Below are positions 29,047 through 38,045 of a stretch of 64,000 bases of DNA, one piece after another. Location of the stretch: contig OY970067.1 of assembly GCA_963705305.1 (NCBI GenBank), positions 1,280,001-1,344,000 of the forward strand. Reading direction: 5' to 3'. The stretch's first letter is position 1, and each line of letters starts with the position of its first letter. Both the position numbers and the translations under genes were made by a program. The DNA is from an uncultured Methylomirabilota bacterium. GTDB lineage: Bacteria > Methylomirabilota > Methylomirabilia > Methylomirabilales > 2-02-FULL-66-22. Below the pieces are notes generated by a model that saw only the letters and a list, made by a program, of their open reading frames with translations, ran no database searches and was not told the DNA's origin.

Positions 29047-29970
29047 TCATCCGCCAACCCTTGTCGTCCCGACATACTCCGCGCCTTGAGCGATCGCGGC
29101 CCCGATGTGGCGGAATGCCTCCTGACCGAGCGCGAGGGGATGGACGTTTACCTGGACGGCAAGGGTAAAACGGTCCGCCGTCCGATCCAGCGCGATTGTG
29201 TTAACATGGAAGAGCGCGCCGACAATTAGGCCGTCCTTGGCAACGTCGAGGAGCGCCGCTTTCGTTGTTTCCTGTTCCGAGATCGCGAGGAGCATCCGGC
29301 TCAACCCCTCGGAGGCGCGGTGCTCGTCATAGTAGCCGAGGAAGCTGTCCCCCGGATTCAAGACCCGCGCGACGGAGACCGCGATCAAGCCGAAGGCTCC
29401 TGGCGGTCTGGAGGGGATCTGCCGCTTGAGTTGGGCGTGGGCTTGCTTGATGGCCCGGTCAACGCCGGTTGCCGCGAACGGACGCTTGCATTCGATGAGG
29501 ATCTCGGCCACGCCCAACCGGCAGGTTAGATCGGGATGCTCGCCAAGCTCGACGGGCAGGCCGCCCGCTGCGATCCGCGATGCCAGGTAGAGTTCGAACA
29601 GGGTGTTTCGTGCAGCATTGGTACTACTGGCGTTTTCGTCAGCGAGGAGCGGAGGACCACTCAATACAATCTCAAGCTTGCGCCGCAGGGCCTCGGGATT
29701 CACGTTCCGCAGTTGCTCCAGCGCCTCCGCAAACTCGAGCCCTTCGATCAGGGCCGTCGCGAAATGAACTTGATCATTATGGAGTCGCTCCGCCCTCTGT
29801 GGCGGGATGTCGTTGACGTTGCCGGGCTCGATCAACGAAATCAACTCCTGGATCTTCCGCCGGTGTTCGCTGAACCTGCCACGGCCTACAAGGTCGGCCA
29901 GCCCCACGGAGCGGCAGACTTCAGAAGCCCGGTCGAGCTTGTCCAACACATCCTGAAACCGAATAGGCAT
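29047..29970 (-). CDS. PD-(D/E)xK restriction-endonuclease-like protein
   Basis: NTLFELYLA...HPDL...ILIECKRP. Confidence 0.6.
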   Translation of the reverse strand: MPIRFQDVLDKLDRASEVCRSVGLADLVGRGRFSEHRRKIQELISLIEPGNVNDIPPQRAERLHNDQVHFATALIEGLEFAEALEQLRNVNPEALRRKLEIVLSGPPLLADENASSTNAARNTLFELYLASRIAAGGLPVELGEHPDLTCRLGVAEILIECKRPFAATGVDRAIKQAHAQLKRQIPSRPPGAFGLIAVSVARVLNPGDSFLGYYDEHRASEGLSRMLLAISEQETTKAALLDVAKDGLIVGALFHVNTIALDRTADRFTLAVQVNVHPLALGQEAFRHIGAAIAQGAEYVGTTRVGG

Positions 29971-30042
29971 AGTCTCGTTCCTTGCACCGTCATTACGCCG
30001 ATGTCGCGCCCTGCGCAAGTTGATTCTGCTATTCCGCCTGCC

Positions 30043-30399
30043 TCAGGAGAGAAGCGGCAGGCCCTTCGGGGTCATCGCGTCTAGGATGGGGTGCGTCAGG
30101 AATGCGAAGCCGAGGGAAATCAATAGACGCTTTTGATTCGATTCGATGTCGGGGCGTTGCCACAAGCGGCGGAGGCCGGCGGCGGCAGCGAAGTTCAAAG
30201 CGAGTCCATGGACTAGCGCCCGATGGTTCGGATGAACGGCGGGCTCAAGCACGTCAGGCAGGCAAGCCAGCGCAGCCCCGGCCGCGATAGCGACCAAGAA
30301 TTCCCCAAGAGTCGGCTGTTCGTCTGCCATCTTGCAGAAACCCAGATATGCGACGCCGCCGACTGCGGCGCCTGCTACCGCGTGTCCCGATCTGTTCAC
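30043..30399 (-). CDS. Membrane-bound metal-dependent hydrolase (YdjM-like)
   Basis: GH near the N-terminus, ACLPDVLEP...HRALVHGL, THPILDAMTPKGLP, hydrophobic segments; GTGA overlap with the upstream gene. Confidence 0.8.
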   Translation of the reverse strand: MNRSGHAVAGAAVGGVAYLGFCKMADEQPTLGEFLVAIAAGAALACLPDVLEPAVHPNHRALVHGLALNFAAAAGLRRLWQRPDIESNQKRLLISLGFAFLTHPILDAMTPKGLPLLS

Positions 30400-31238
30400 A
30401 ATGCGGCCTCCTTCGCGGCTGCCCTGTCCTTTGCAGCACAGCAATGGCCATAGCTCTTGCCTGATCCGCACCGGCAGGGATCCTTGGAACCGAGGAATCG
30501 CAAGATTTCGGACGGCTCGTGGCCGACCACACTGCCTGGCCAGGCTTCTTCAATCCCGACACCGCGCTCCCGCGCCTCGACCCACGCCAAGTGCTTCCCG
30601 AGCCAAATAGCGGTGTAGTTTGCGTATTCGCGGACTCCACGCAGTGGCCATGTCCAGGCTCTATCGGCGGGGAAGAGGACGCAGAGGGCGTCGATGTCGT
30701 TGAGCATATGCGGGGGCGGTCCGCTCGGATGTTGGTGGTCAATCCGGGGCCACAGTGACCGTGCGATGGGACAGCCGGGTGGTCGCCGATATGCAATCTC
30801 GATCCGGAAGCCGCCCGCCAAGAGGCGCCCGAGGCGGAGTGCCGGACGTGGGAAATGTTCCCCTCCGCACTGCTCGTAGTGAGCGAGCGCCCCATCCGTC
30901 ATGACCCGGACAGGACGATCTTCATCCAAGTCTGCCACGATGGCCTGGATCTCCTCTAGATCCATCCCTTCGGGAAACGGGGTGATCGTGCCCCGCCAAG
31001 CGAGCACGAATTCCCCGCATTGTACGCGCTCGACCGCCTCTCGCGGAGTCTGGGGCTCTTCCTGACCGATGCAATCGCGACCCAAGGCGACGGCATGGAT
31101 GATTCTCTGCGGGTCGCGGTGACGACGCCGCACGATTGAAGTGAAAGATGGGTAGGCTGAGTGCATGGCGGTGACCTCCCGCTCCCACCAGGGGGTCAGC
31201 AGTTCAATTTCCCACGGGTTGAGCGGGAGGTTGGCCAT
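30396..31238 (-). CDS. Prokaryotic E2/UBC-fold protein with C-terminal SEC-C motif
   Basis: WEREVTAMHSAYPSF, LAWRGTITP, FRIEIAY..PP..P, PH...LCVLFP..W, WL..H..W...WPG...H, DPCRCGSGKSYGHCC; RBS gaggtg. Confidence 0.7.
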   Translation of the reverse strand: MANLPLNPWEIELLTPWWEREVTAMHSAYPSFTSIVRRRHRDPQRIIHAVALGRDCIGQEEPQTPREAVERVQCGEFVLAWRGTITPFPEGMDLEEIQAIVADLDEDRPVRVMTDGALAHYEQCGGEHFPRPALRLGRLLAGGFRIEIAYRRPPGCPIARSLWPRIDHQHPSGPPPHMLNDIDALCVLFPADRAWTWPLRGVREYANYTAIWLGKHLAWVEARERGVGIEEAWPGSVVGHEPSEILRFLGSKDPCRCGSGKSYGHCCAAKDRAAAKEAAL

Positions 31239-31248
31239 GTCATCCACC

Positions 31249-31368
31249 TCACCAGGTTCCATGCGGCCGAGGTGGGTGGACAACTCCGCCGGGCGGCTCC
31301 GGTCGCGGCGGGTGCTGCGGGTGGGGCGGATGGGGGTGCGGATGCTCCTGGTGATCGTCCTTCGACAT
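31249..31368 (-). CDS. 39-aa His/Pro-rich peptide (not in the ORF track)
   Basis: MSKDDHQEHPHPHPPHPQHPPRPEPPGGVVHPPRPHGTW; RBS aaggag 6 nt before ATG; stop 10 nt before the E2-like start. Confidence 0.7.
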   Translation of the reverse strand: MSKDDHQEHPHPHPPHPQHPPRPEPPGGVVHPPRPHGTW

Positions 31369-31464
31369 TTCAGACTCCTTCTGTGCTGAGCCCCTCCCCG
31401 GCGACGGGCCCCGTTTCGATGATGGATGCCGGGCTCCAGTATCGTGTACGGGAATTTCTCGCGT

Positions 31465-31493
31465 ATGATAATTCTTGCACGTGACACAGTCAA
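31465..31493 (-). promoter_or_regulatory. Sigma70-type promoter for the peptide-E2 operon
   Basis: Minus strand TTGACT-N17-TATCAT; CACGTG palindrome in the spacer. Confidence 0.65.
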
Positions 31494-31566
31494 GGAGTAA
31501 TTTCTTGTCGGCGAGAATGACAGGACGTTGCGGAATATAGCCGCCTCGCGGCTAAAGGAGGTCTGC

Positions 31567-31956
31567 ATGCCGGAAGGCATCGACGTGGGGCAGTTGGGCG
31601 ATCGACTCAGGCGAGTCCGAACCGAACGGCGACTGACATTGCGAGAGGTCGCAGGGGCGACGGGTATCAGTATCCCTTCACTCTCACGGATCGAGCGTGG
31701 TGCGGCCAAGGAATTCAAGAGCGGAACGCTGCTTAGCCTTGCGCAGTGGTTGGGGACCAACCTGAATGACTTGACGGGCTCGCCCTCTCCCGTCACGCGC
31801 CGCCACGGTAAGATCGTCGAAGCGACTCCCGACGTGGTGGAACTGCATCTCCGCGCGGACAAGAAGCTGAACAAGAAGAGCGCTACCGCCCTCGCGAACC
31901 TGTTTCGCACGGCGTACGAACAGCTAGCCAAGACGGGTGACAAGGAAGAGCCGTGA
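31567..31956 (+). CDS. XRE-family HTH transcriptional regulator
   Basis: LGDRLRRVR..RRLTLREVAGATGISIPSLSRIERG; RBS aaggagg. Confidence 0.9.
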   Translation: MPEGIDVGQLGDRLRRVRTERRLTLREVAGATGISIPSLSRIERGAAKEFKSGTLLSLAQWLGTNLNDLTGSPSPVTRRHGKIVEATPDVVELHLRADKKLNKKSATALANLFRTAYEQLAKTGDKEEP

Positions 31957-32547
31957 TGTTCCTGCCGTTTAGTGAGCGAGGCAAGCGGTGGGAACCGGTC
32001 GGGCTTCGCCTGCGTCGACTGGCGGGTGTCCGACTCGCGGACCCTTTGGATCCGTGGCTCCTCGCCGGCAAGGTCGGTCTGACGGTTGTTGATGCGCGTC
32101 CTTTCCTGGCAAACCTGCCGGTGGAGGAGCGGGAGCAACTGATCTCAGACGGCGGGTGCTGGTCAGGCGGGATCTTCCCCGTCGCCTTGCCCAACGGTTC
32201 CCGTCTTTGCATGCTGAACCCGAAGCACAACAGGCATCGACAGAAGATCACCCTGATGGAGGAGATCACCCACACCCATCTTCAACATGTGCCCTCTCGG
32301 CTTGCGTACAGTTCAGCGGCTCTCCGGGTGCGGGACTTAGATCCAGAGCAGGAGGCGGATGCCTACGGGATTGGCGCAGCAGCGCTACTCCCGTGGTCGA
32401 CTTTCTTTCCTGCGGTGAACGACGGCCAAACCGTCGAGGAACTTGCGGCAGAATACGGTGTGTCTGAGGAATCTGGTCACCTATCGCATCAAGATCACGG
32501 GAGCGTTTCACCTTTACCGCTCCCGTCAACGCAAGGCACCGATCTGA
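31956..32547 (+). CDS. ImmA/IrrE-family metallopeptidase (apparent +1 frameshift near 32471)
   Basis: LNPKH..HRQKITLMEEITH...QEADAYGIGAAALLP...LAAEYGVSE; the natural tail LVTYRIK... is in the next frame and ends at 32547. Confidence 0.8.
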
Positions 32548-32942
32548 CCTGCGGTTGCCGCCGTTGCCCCGCGGGATCCAAACTGGGGCAAGACGCCCGA
32601 TTGCCTTAGGCGGTGGATCGTTCACGCGGTCACCCTTCCGGGAGCTCGTTTCAGAGCGCCGGGCGGATCCCGATACTGGCTGGATATGGCCAACGCCAAA
32701 TTATGGCCACTTCGTTGTCTCCGTCGGAGCTTTGTGGTACAAGCACAGGCAAACGAAAAGTCGTGGCGGAGGAGCCCAGAGAGATTGAGGGCAGGTTCGG
32801 AGGGTCGGTGCTCTTCGTACTGGACAAGATGTTCAGCACGGGACCGACGTCACACGCGCCTCATGGCTCCTCCCAACAAATAGAGATGTGGCCCATCGGC
32901 TTCCGGGTGGAGGAAGGTGGCCACCAGTACGAAAGATAGGAA

Positions 32943-34451
32943 ATGCCCATACTGACTTGGCTCGATCGGGAAACCGCCATGAAAGCTGCGGAGGCCGTGC
33001 CCTACCGCGTTCTCGACCTCGATCCGAAGCTTTCGGCCGACGACCCTTCCGCCGAAAACCTTATCATCCAGGGCGACAACCTCGAAGCCGTCAAAGCAAT
33101 CATGCCGTACTTCGCCAGCCGCGTGAAATGCTTCGCCATTGACCCGCCCTACAATACCCGGAGCGCCTTCGAGCACTACGACGACAGCCTCGAACACTCG
33201 ACCTGGCTCTCCATGATGTATCCCCGCCTCGAACTCATGCGCGACCTGCTCGCCGAGGACGGATCAATTTGGGTCTGCATAGACGACAACGAGGCTCACT
33301 ACCTGAAAGTCATCATGGACGAAGTCTTCGGGAGGAAGAACTTCATCGCCGAGATCATTTGGCAGAAGCGAACATCACGGGAAAACCGGGCCGCGATCGG
33401 CTCTGCCCATGACACCATTCTGGTCTATGGCCGGATGGAAGCGAAGGCATGGAAGGACCACAGGAACCTTCTACCCGGCACAGGCAAAGGCTACGGTAAT
33501 CCCGACGACGACCCACGTGGCCCATGGCGTTCGATCCCGTTCTCGGCACAGGGCTACCGAATCAATCAGATGTACGAGATCGAGACGCCATCCGGCAAGA
33601 TTGTGTCCCCACCGAAGGGCCGCTGCTGGGGAGCCACGGAACCGGTCTACATAGACTACAAGAAGGCCAACCGCGTCTACTTCCCAAACGATGGATCGGG
33701 ACGCCCCCGAATCAAACAGTTTGAGAACGAAGAGAAGGGCCTTGTCCCGATGTCAATCTGGATGGCCGCTGACGCGGGTGACACAGAGGAGTCGAAGAAA
33801 GAGATTCTCACCCTCTTCGATGAGGAAAGCCCGTTCGGGACCCCCAAGCCCGAGCGCCTCCTTAGGCAGATCATCACTATCGCCACGAATCCAGGCGACA
33901 TCGTGTGCGACCCGTTTCTCGGCTCCGGCACCACGGCTGTGGTGGCTCATAAGATGGGCCGCCGCTACATCGGCGTGGAGATGGGCGAGCAGGCGGTCAC
34001 GCACTGCGTGCCGCGCCTCAAGAAGGTCATCGACGGCGAACAGGGCGGCATCTCCAAGCTCGTCAACTGGCAGGGCGGCGGCGGGTTCCATTTCGCGCGT
34101 CTCGGTCCCCCGATCTTTACTCCCGATGGCGCCATTCATCCGGACATCCGCTTCCCGACCCTCGCCGCGCATATCTGGTTCTCGGAAACCCGGACAGCCT
34201 GGCCCGGCAAGGGCGATTCCCCGTGTCTCGGCAAGCACAACGGCACGGCCTACTACCTGCTTTTCAACGGCATTCTCGGCGACAAGCGTCCGCTCGCTGG
34301 CAATGTGTTGAACACCTTGACGTTCCGCCAGCTGCCCCCGCACGCCGGCCCGAAGATCGTGTTCGGCGAGGCGTGCCAGTGGGGGGCGGACCGCCTCCAC
34401 CGTGAGAACATCGAATTCCGAAAGATTCCGCATGGGCTGAGAGTGCGATGA
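32943..34451 (+). CDS. mod: Type III restriction-modification methyltransferase subunit
   Basis: NLIIQGDNL, IDPPYNT, TPKPERLL, DPFLGSGTT. Confidence 0.92.
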   Translation: MPILTWLDRETAMKAAEAVPYRVLDLDPKLSADDPSAENLIIQGDNLEAVKAIMPYFASRVKCFAIDPPYNTRSAFEHYDDSLEHSTWLSMMYPRLELMRDLLAEDGSIWVCIDDNEAHYLKVIMDEVFGRKNFIAEIIWQKRTSRENRAAIGSAHDTILVYGRMEAKAWKDHRNLLPGTGKGYGNPDDDPRGPWRSIPFSAQGYRINQMYEIETPSGKIVSPPKGRCWGATEPVYIDYKKANRVYFPNDGSGRPRIKQFENEEKGLVPMSIWMAADAGDTEESKKEILTLFDEESPFGTPKPERLLRQIITIATNPGDIVCDPFLGSGTTAVVAHKMGRRYIGVEMGEQAVTHCVPRLKKVIDGEQGGISKLVNWQGGGGFHFARLGPPIFTPDGAIHPDIRFPTLAAHIWFSETRTAWPGKGDSPCLGKHNGTAYYLLFNGILGDKRPLAGNVLNTLTFRQLPPHAGPKIVFGEACQWGADRLHRENIEFRKIPHGLRVR

Positions 34452-37102
34452 AAGACATCAAGTACCAGCAAGACACGCTCACCGTCCTTCAAGAATACCT
34501 CTCCCTCGCCCGGACCTCCGCGCCAAGTGCAGCGTTCGAGGCCGCCACCGCGGGCCTCCCCTCTGCCTTGCGCCGCGAGTACATTGCCCTGAGCGATGCC
34601 GTGGCCGATGCCCCGTACGTTTGCCTCCGCCTTCCCACCGGCGGCGGCAAGACCCTCCTCGCCGCGCTCGCCATCTCTATTGCGGGTAAGGAGTTCCTCG
34701 ACCAGGACTTCCCCCTCGTGGTCTGGCTGGTGCCCACGAAAACGATCCGCGACCAGACGATCAAGGCCCTTCAAACGCCCGGCAACATCCATCACGACGC
34801 ATTGGAAGAACGCTTCAAGGGCCGCTTTCGCGTTCTGGCCGTCACGGATTTTGACCAGCTTCGCCCCCACGACCTCGGCGCCCGCGCCAACATCATCGTC
34901 AGCACGCTTGCCACCGCCCGCGTTGACAACACTGAACTCCGGAAGGTGTACGCGCACAACGAGAACATGGAATCGTTCTTCTCCGGGATCCCGGATACGA
35001 CACCGGACCTCGAACGCGACGAGAAGAAGAAGGGGAAGCCCATCAAGTTCTCCTTCATCAACCTGCTTCACCTGTGTCGCCCGCTCGTGATCGTGGACGA
35101 GGCCCACAACAACACGTCCGATCTCAGCACCGAGGTCATGGGCCGCATCCGCCCGTCCTGCGTCATCGAATTCACGGCTACTCCGGCAGCGAACAGCAAC
35201 ATTCTCTACCACGCGTCCGCCGGCGACCTGTACGCGGCCAGCATGATCAAGCTGCCCATCGAACTCACCCAGCACGCGACGTGGCAGGAGGCCGTCCACA
35301 GCGCCGTCCAGGAGCGTCAGAAGCTCGCGGAACTCGCCCCGAAGGAGAAGGACTACGTCCGCCCCATCACGCTCATCCAGGCCGAGAGCATCGACAGGGA
35401 AGTCACGTGGCAGTTCGTTCTGGATTACCTCCAGAATGAGGAGAGCATCCCGCGCGAGAAAATCGCCGTCGCCACCGGCACGGAGCGCGAACTCGACGGC
35501 ATCAACCTCTTCTCCCAGCAGTGCCCAATCGAACACGTCATCACGGTCAAAGCCCTCAAGGAGGGCTGGGACTGCTCCTTCGCCTACGTCTTCTGTTCCG
35601 TGGCAACCGTGCACTCGAAAACCGAGGTCGAGCAGATTCTCGGCCGCGTGCTACGCATGCCCTACGCCGAGCGGCGGTCACAACCTGCGCTCAATCGGGC
35701 CTATGCGCACGTTTCATCCACGAGCTGGCCCTACGCCGTGCAGCAGATGCGCGACCGCCTCGTGGACATGGGCTTCGATGAAATAGAAGCCGAGGAGGCC
35801 ATCCGCGAACAGCGCCCGAAGCCGATCCTGCAACTTGGCCTTCAGTACCCTATGACCGACTCGACCGCCGGCTTCCCGCTCTTCGACTTCACCGTCCGGG
35901 AGTCCCCGGACCTGACCATCCTCGAACCGGAAGAGCAAGGCTACATCACAGTCCACCAGCAGGAGGACGGCGCCACGACCCTGTCCGTGGACGAGAATAT
36001 CCCGGAATCGGCCCTACGGAAGGTCGAGAAGCAACTCCAGCCCAGAGAGCGCAACGCTCTCCGCGAAACGCTCGCCATCCGCCGCCGCCAGCGCCAGCGC
36101 GACCAGGCTCCCGTCCGCAAAGGCAAGACCTTCATCGTTCCGCGACTGTGCCGCACGATCCAGGGCGAGCTTGAGATTGTCGAACAGGATAATCTCATCG
36201 GCCCCGAGGGCTGGGACCTCGCCGACTATCCAGCCGTCCTCACATCGGACGAGTTCTCCACCGAAGTCGAAGCGAAGCGCTACGAGATTGGCATTGAAGG
36301 CAAGCGCGTCGTGGAACGGTACCTCGGCGCCCAGATGACCCTCGACCTGAAACACATGGAAGAGCCGTGGACCGAGGACTACCTGATCGGGTGGCTCGTC
36401 CGCCACATCGAGGAGTCCCACGTCGCCGATTTCCAGGACATCAAGCAGGTCGCCCTCCGCGCCTTCGTGCGGCGCGTCTTACGGTACCTTACCTGCGACC
36501 GCGGGCTCACGCTGGCCGATCTCCAGCGTTACGCCTTCTCTTTGCACAAAGCCATTGACCAGAAGATCGGCCAGCATCGTGACGCCGCGTTCCACAAAGG
36601 GTTCCAACAGCTTCTTGCCCTTCCCGCCGCGGAAGTCCGCACGTCCTTCGACTACACCTTCGAGTTTCCGCCTGACGGCTACCAACCCCACGGGTACTAC
36701 CAGGGAAGCCGCCGGTTCACCAAGCACTTCTACCCCGAGGTCGGCGAACTGGACCACAAGGGGGAGGAGTTCGATTGCGCCATTGCCATCGACGAATGCT
36801 TCGAGGTCGAGTGCTGGGTTCGCAACCTCGACCACGGCCCGTCCGCCTACAACCTTCCCGTCCCCTCCGGCCGATTCTTCCCTGACTTCGCCGCCAAGCT
36901 CACTGACGGACGGATCATGCTCATCGAGTACAAGGGCGAACACCTCGAAGCCAAAGCCAGCGAGCAGGCAAAAAGAGACATCGGCCGTCTCTGGGAGGAC
37001 CGCAGCGCCGGCAAAGCCCTCTTCCTTTGGGCCGTCAACCAAGACGCCGTCGGCCGCGCCGTCTCGGGCCAACTCAAAGCCAAGGTCGCAGGTTCTCCAT
37101 GA
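34448..37102 (+). CDS. res: Type III restriction endonuclease subunit (SF2 helicase + nuclease)
   Basis: PTGGGKT, VDEAH, TATP, LKEGWDC, QILGRVLR, FFPDF...IEYKG; ATGA overlap with mod. Confidence 0.9.
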   Translation: MKDIKYQQDTLTVLQEYLSLARTSAPSAAFEAATAGLPSALRREYIALSDAVADAPYVCLRLPTGGGKTLLAALAISIAGKEFLDQDFPLVVWLVPTKTIRDQTIKALQTPGNIHHDALEERFKGRFRVLAVTDFDQLRPHDLGARANIIVSTLATARVDNTELRKVYAHNENMESFFSGIPDTTPDLERDEKKKGKPIKFSFINLLHLCRPLVIVDEAHNNTSDLSTEVMGRIRPSCVIEFTATPAANSNILYHASAGDLYAASMIKLPIELTQHATWQEAVHSAVQERQKLAELAPKEKDYVRPITLIQAESIDREVTWQFVLDYLQNEESIPREKIAVATGTERELDGINLFSQQCPIEHVITVKALKEGWDCSFAYVFCSVATVHSKTEVEQILGRVLRMPYAERRSQPALNRAYAHVSSTSWPYAVQQMRDRLVDMGFDEIEAEEAIREQRPKPILQLGLQYPMTDSTAGFPLFDFTVRESPDLTILEPEEQGYITVHQQEDGATTLSVDENIPESALRKVEKQLQPRERNALRETLAIRRRQRQRDQAPVRKGKTFIVPRLCRTIQGELEIVEQDNLIGPEGWDLADYPAVLTSDEFSTEVEAKRYEIGIEGKRVVERYLGAQMTLDLKHMEEPWTEDYLIGWLVRHIEESHVADFQDIKQVALRAFVRRVLRYLTCDRGLTLADLQRYAFSLHKAIDQKIGQHRDAAFHKGFQQLLALPAAEVRTSFDYTFEFPPDGYQPHGYYQGSRRFTKHFYPEVGELDHKGEEFDCAIAIDECFEVECWVRNLDHGPSAYNLPVPSGRFFPDFAAKLTDGRIMLIEYKGEHLEAKASEQAKRDIGRLWEDRSAGKALFLWAVNQDAVGRAVSGQLKAKVAGSP

Positions 37103-37253
37103 CCAGACTCATCCTCACAGGAAAGGGCTTCCAGAAGGCGATCTAAGAAGGTACCGGACACCTTTCGAGCGCTAAGTCCTTGGATTGTTTGATGCGCGAT
37201 TTCAAGTCTTGGCAGGTGGCGCAGAGGGTGCGGTGCCTGAGGAAGCGTGGAAC

Positions 37254-37990
37254 ATGAACGACGGTGAGGCGCACGACGCGGACGGCGAAGGCCCCTCTGA
37301 CAACCCTGCCCAGATTCCGGACCGGTTCATCGTCGCCGAGGAAGAACTCGATGCGGCGGTCCGCACGGAATATGCCAGGTATGTCGAACGCCTCTTGCAA
37401 TGTGAGCCGGATCAGACGGGGCCGGAGGCGCGACAACGGTTATTCGATCCGACCGCATCCCTCGAGCTCAAGCGGGAATTGCTGGCCAAGCTCGCGCGGT
37501 GCGGAACGGTCGAGGCCTATAGAGCCATCGAGCAGTACGCTAAGAGCCCCGATCCTGAGCTGGCGCAATGGAGCAAGATTGCCCTGTGGGAGTGTCGGAT
37601 GTCCCTGGAGGGCGACCTGCGCGAAGAACCTGTCGGCATGATCTTCACGGGGCTCGGCGGAGCAGAACATCGCCTCCGGTATCTTGTGGCCGTTGGCTTC
37701 TCCGGTCTGCTTCTGGACGACGGGCAGCGCCGCAGACTCGTGTCGGCATGACGCATGATATGCGCGCGCTACGATTCCGTCCTGGAACAGGTTCGCGTTC
37801 ACGCAGACCACGTTGTCATCACGCTCCTGATCTCCATGGACTCGGCCGTCGGAACCGTCATTGACGAGGCGATTGCCGCAACCAATGGGGACGACCCGCT
37901 CCTGCGACGAGAGTACCTCGTGACCAATGTCAACGTCCCGACCGAAGAAGAAATTCGGCGTGTCCTGAAAGAGAATCTCCCGAGACGAGA
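37254..37990 (+). pseudogene. Hypothetical gene with an internal TGA (37749-37751)
   Basis: The coding-like frame (LLAKLARCGTVEAYRAIE, IFTGLGG..HRLRY) continues past the TGA as RMICARY...YLVTNVNVP. Confidence 0.55.
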
Positions 37991-38045
37991 TGCCTCGGTA
38001 AGACCTCCCTGCGGGACCCCTGTGTTCGCAGCGGAATCATGGGGA

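Noticed and set aside
30396..32138. 580-aa ORF as listed in the track
   Set aside because: The first 300 codons are antisense to the XRE/peptidase genes and cross the promoter; the RBS-supported start is 31238.
27837..32547. Calling the locus CBASS, Bil or Thoeris
   Set aside because: No CD-NTase, E1, beta-grasp Ubl, adjacent JAB or TIR gene is recognisable.
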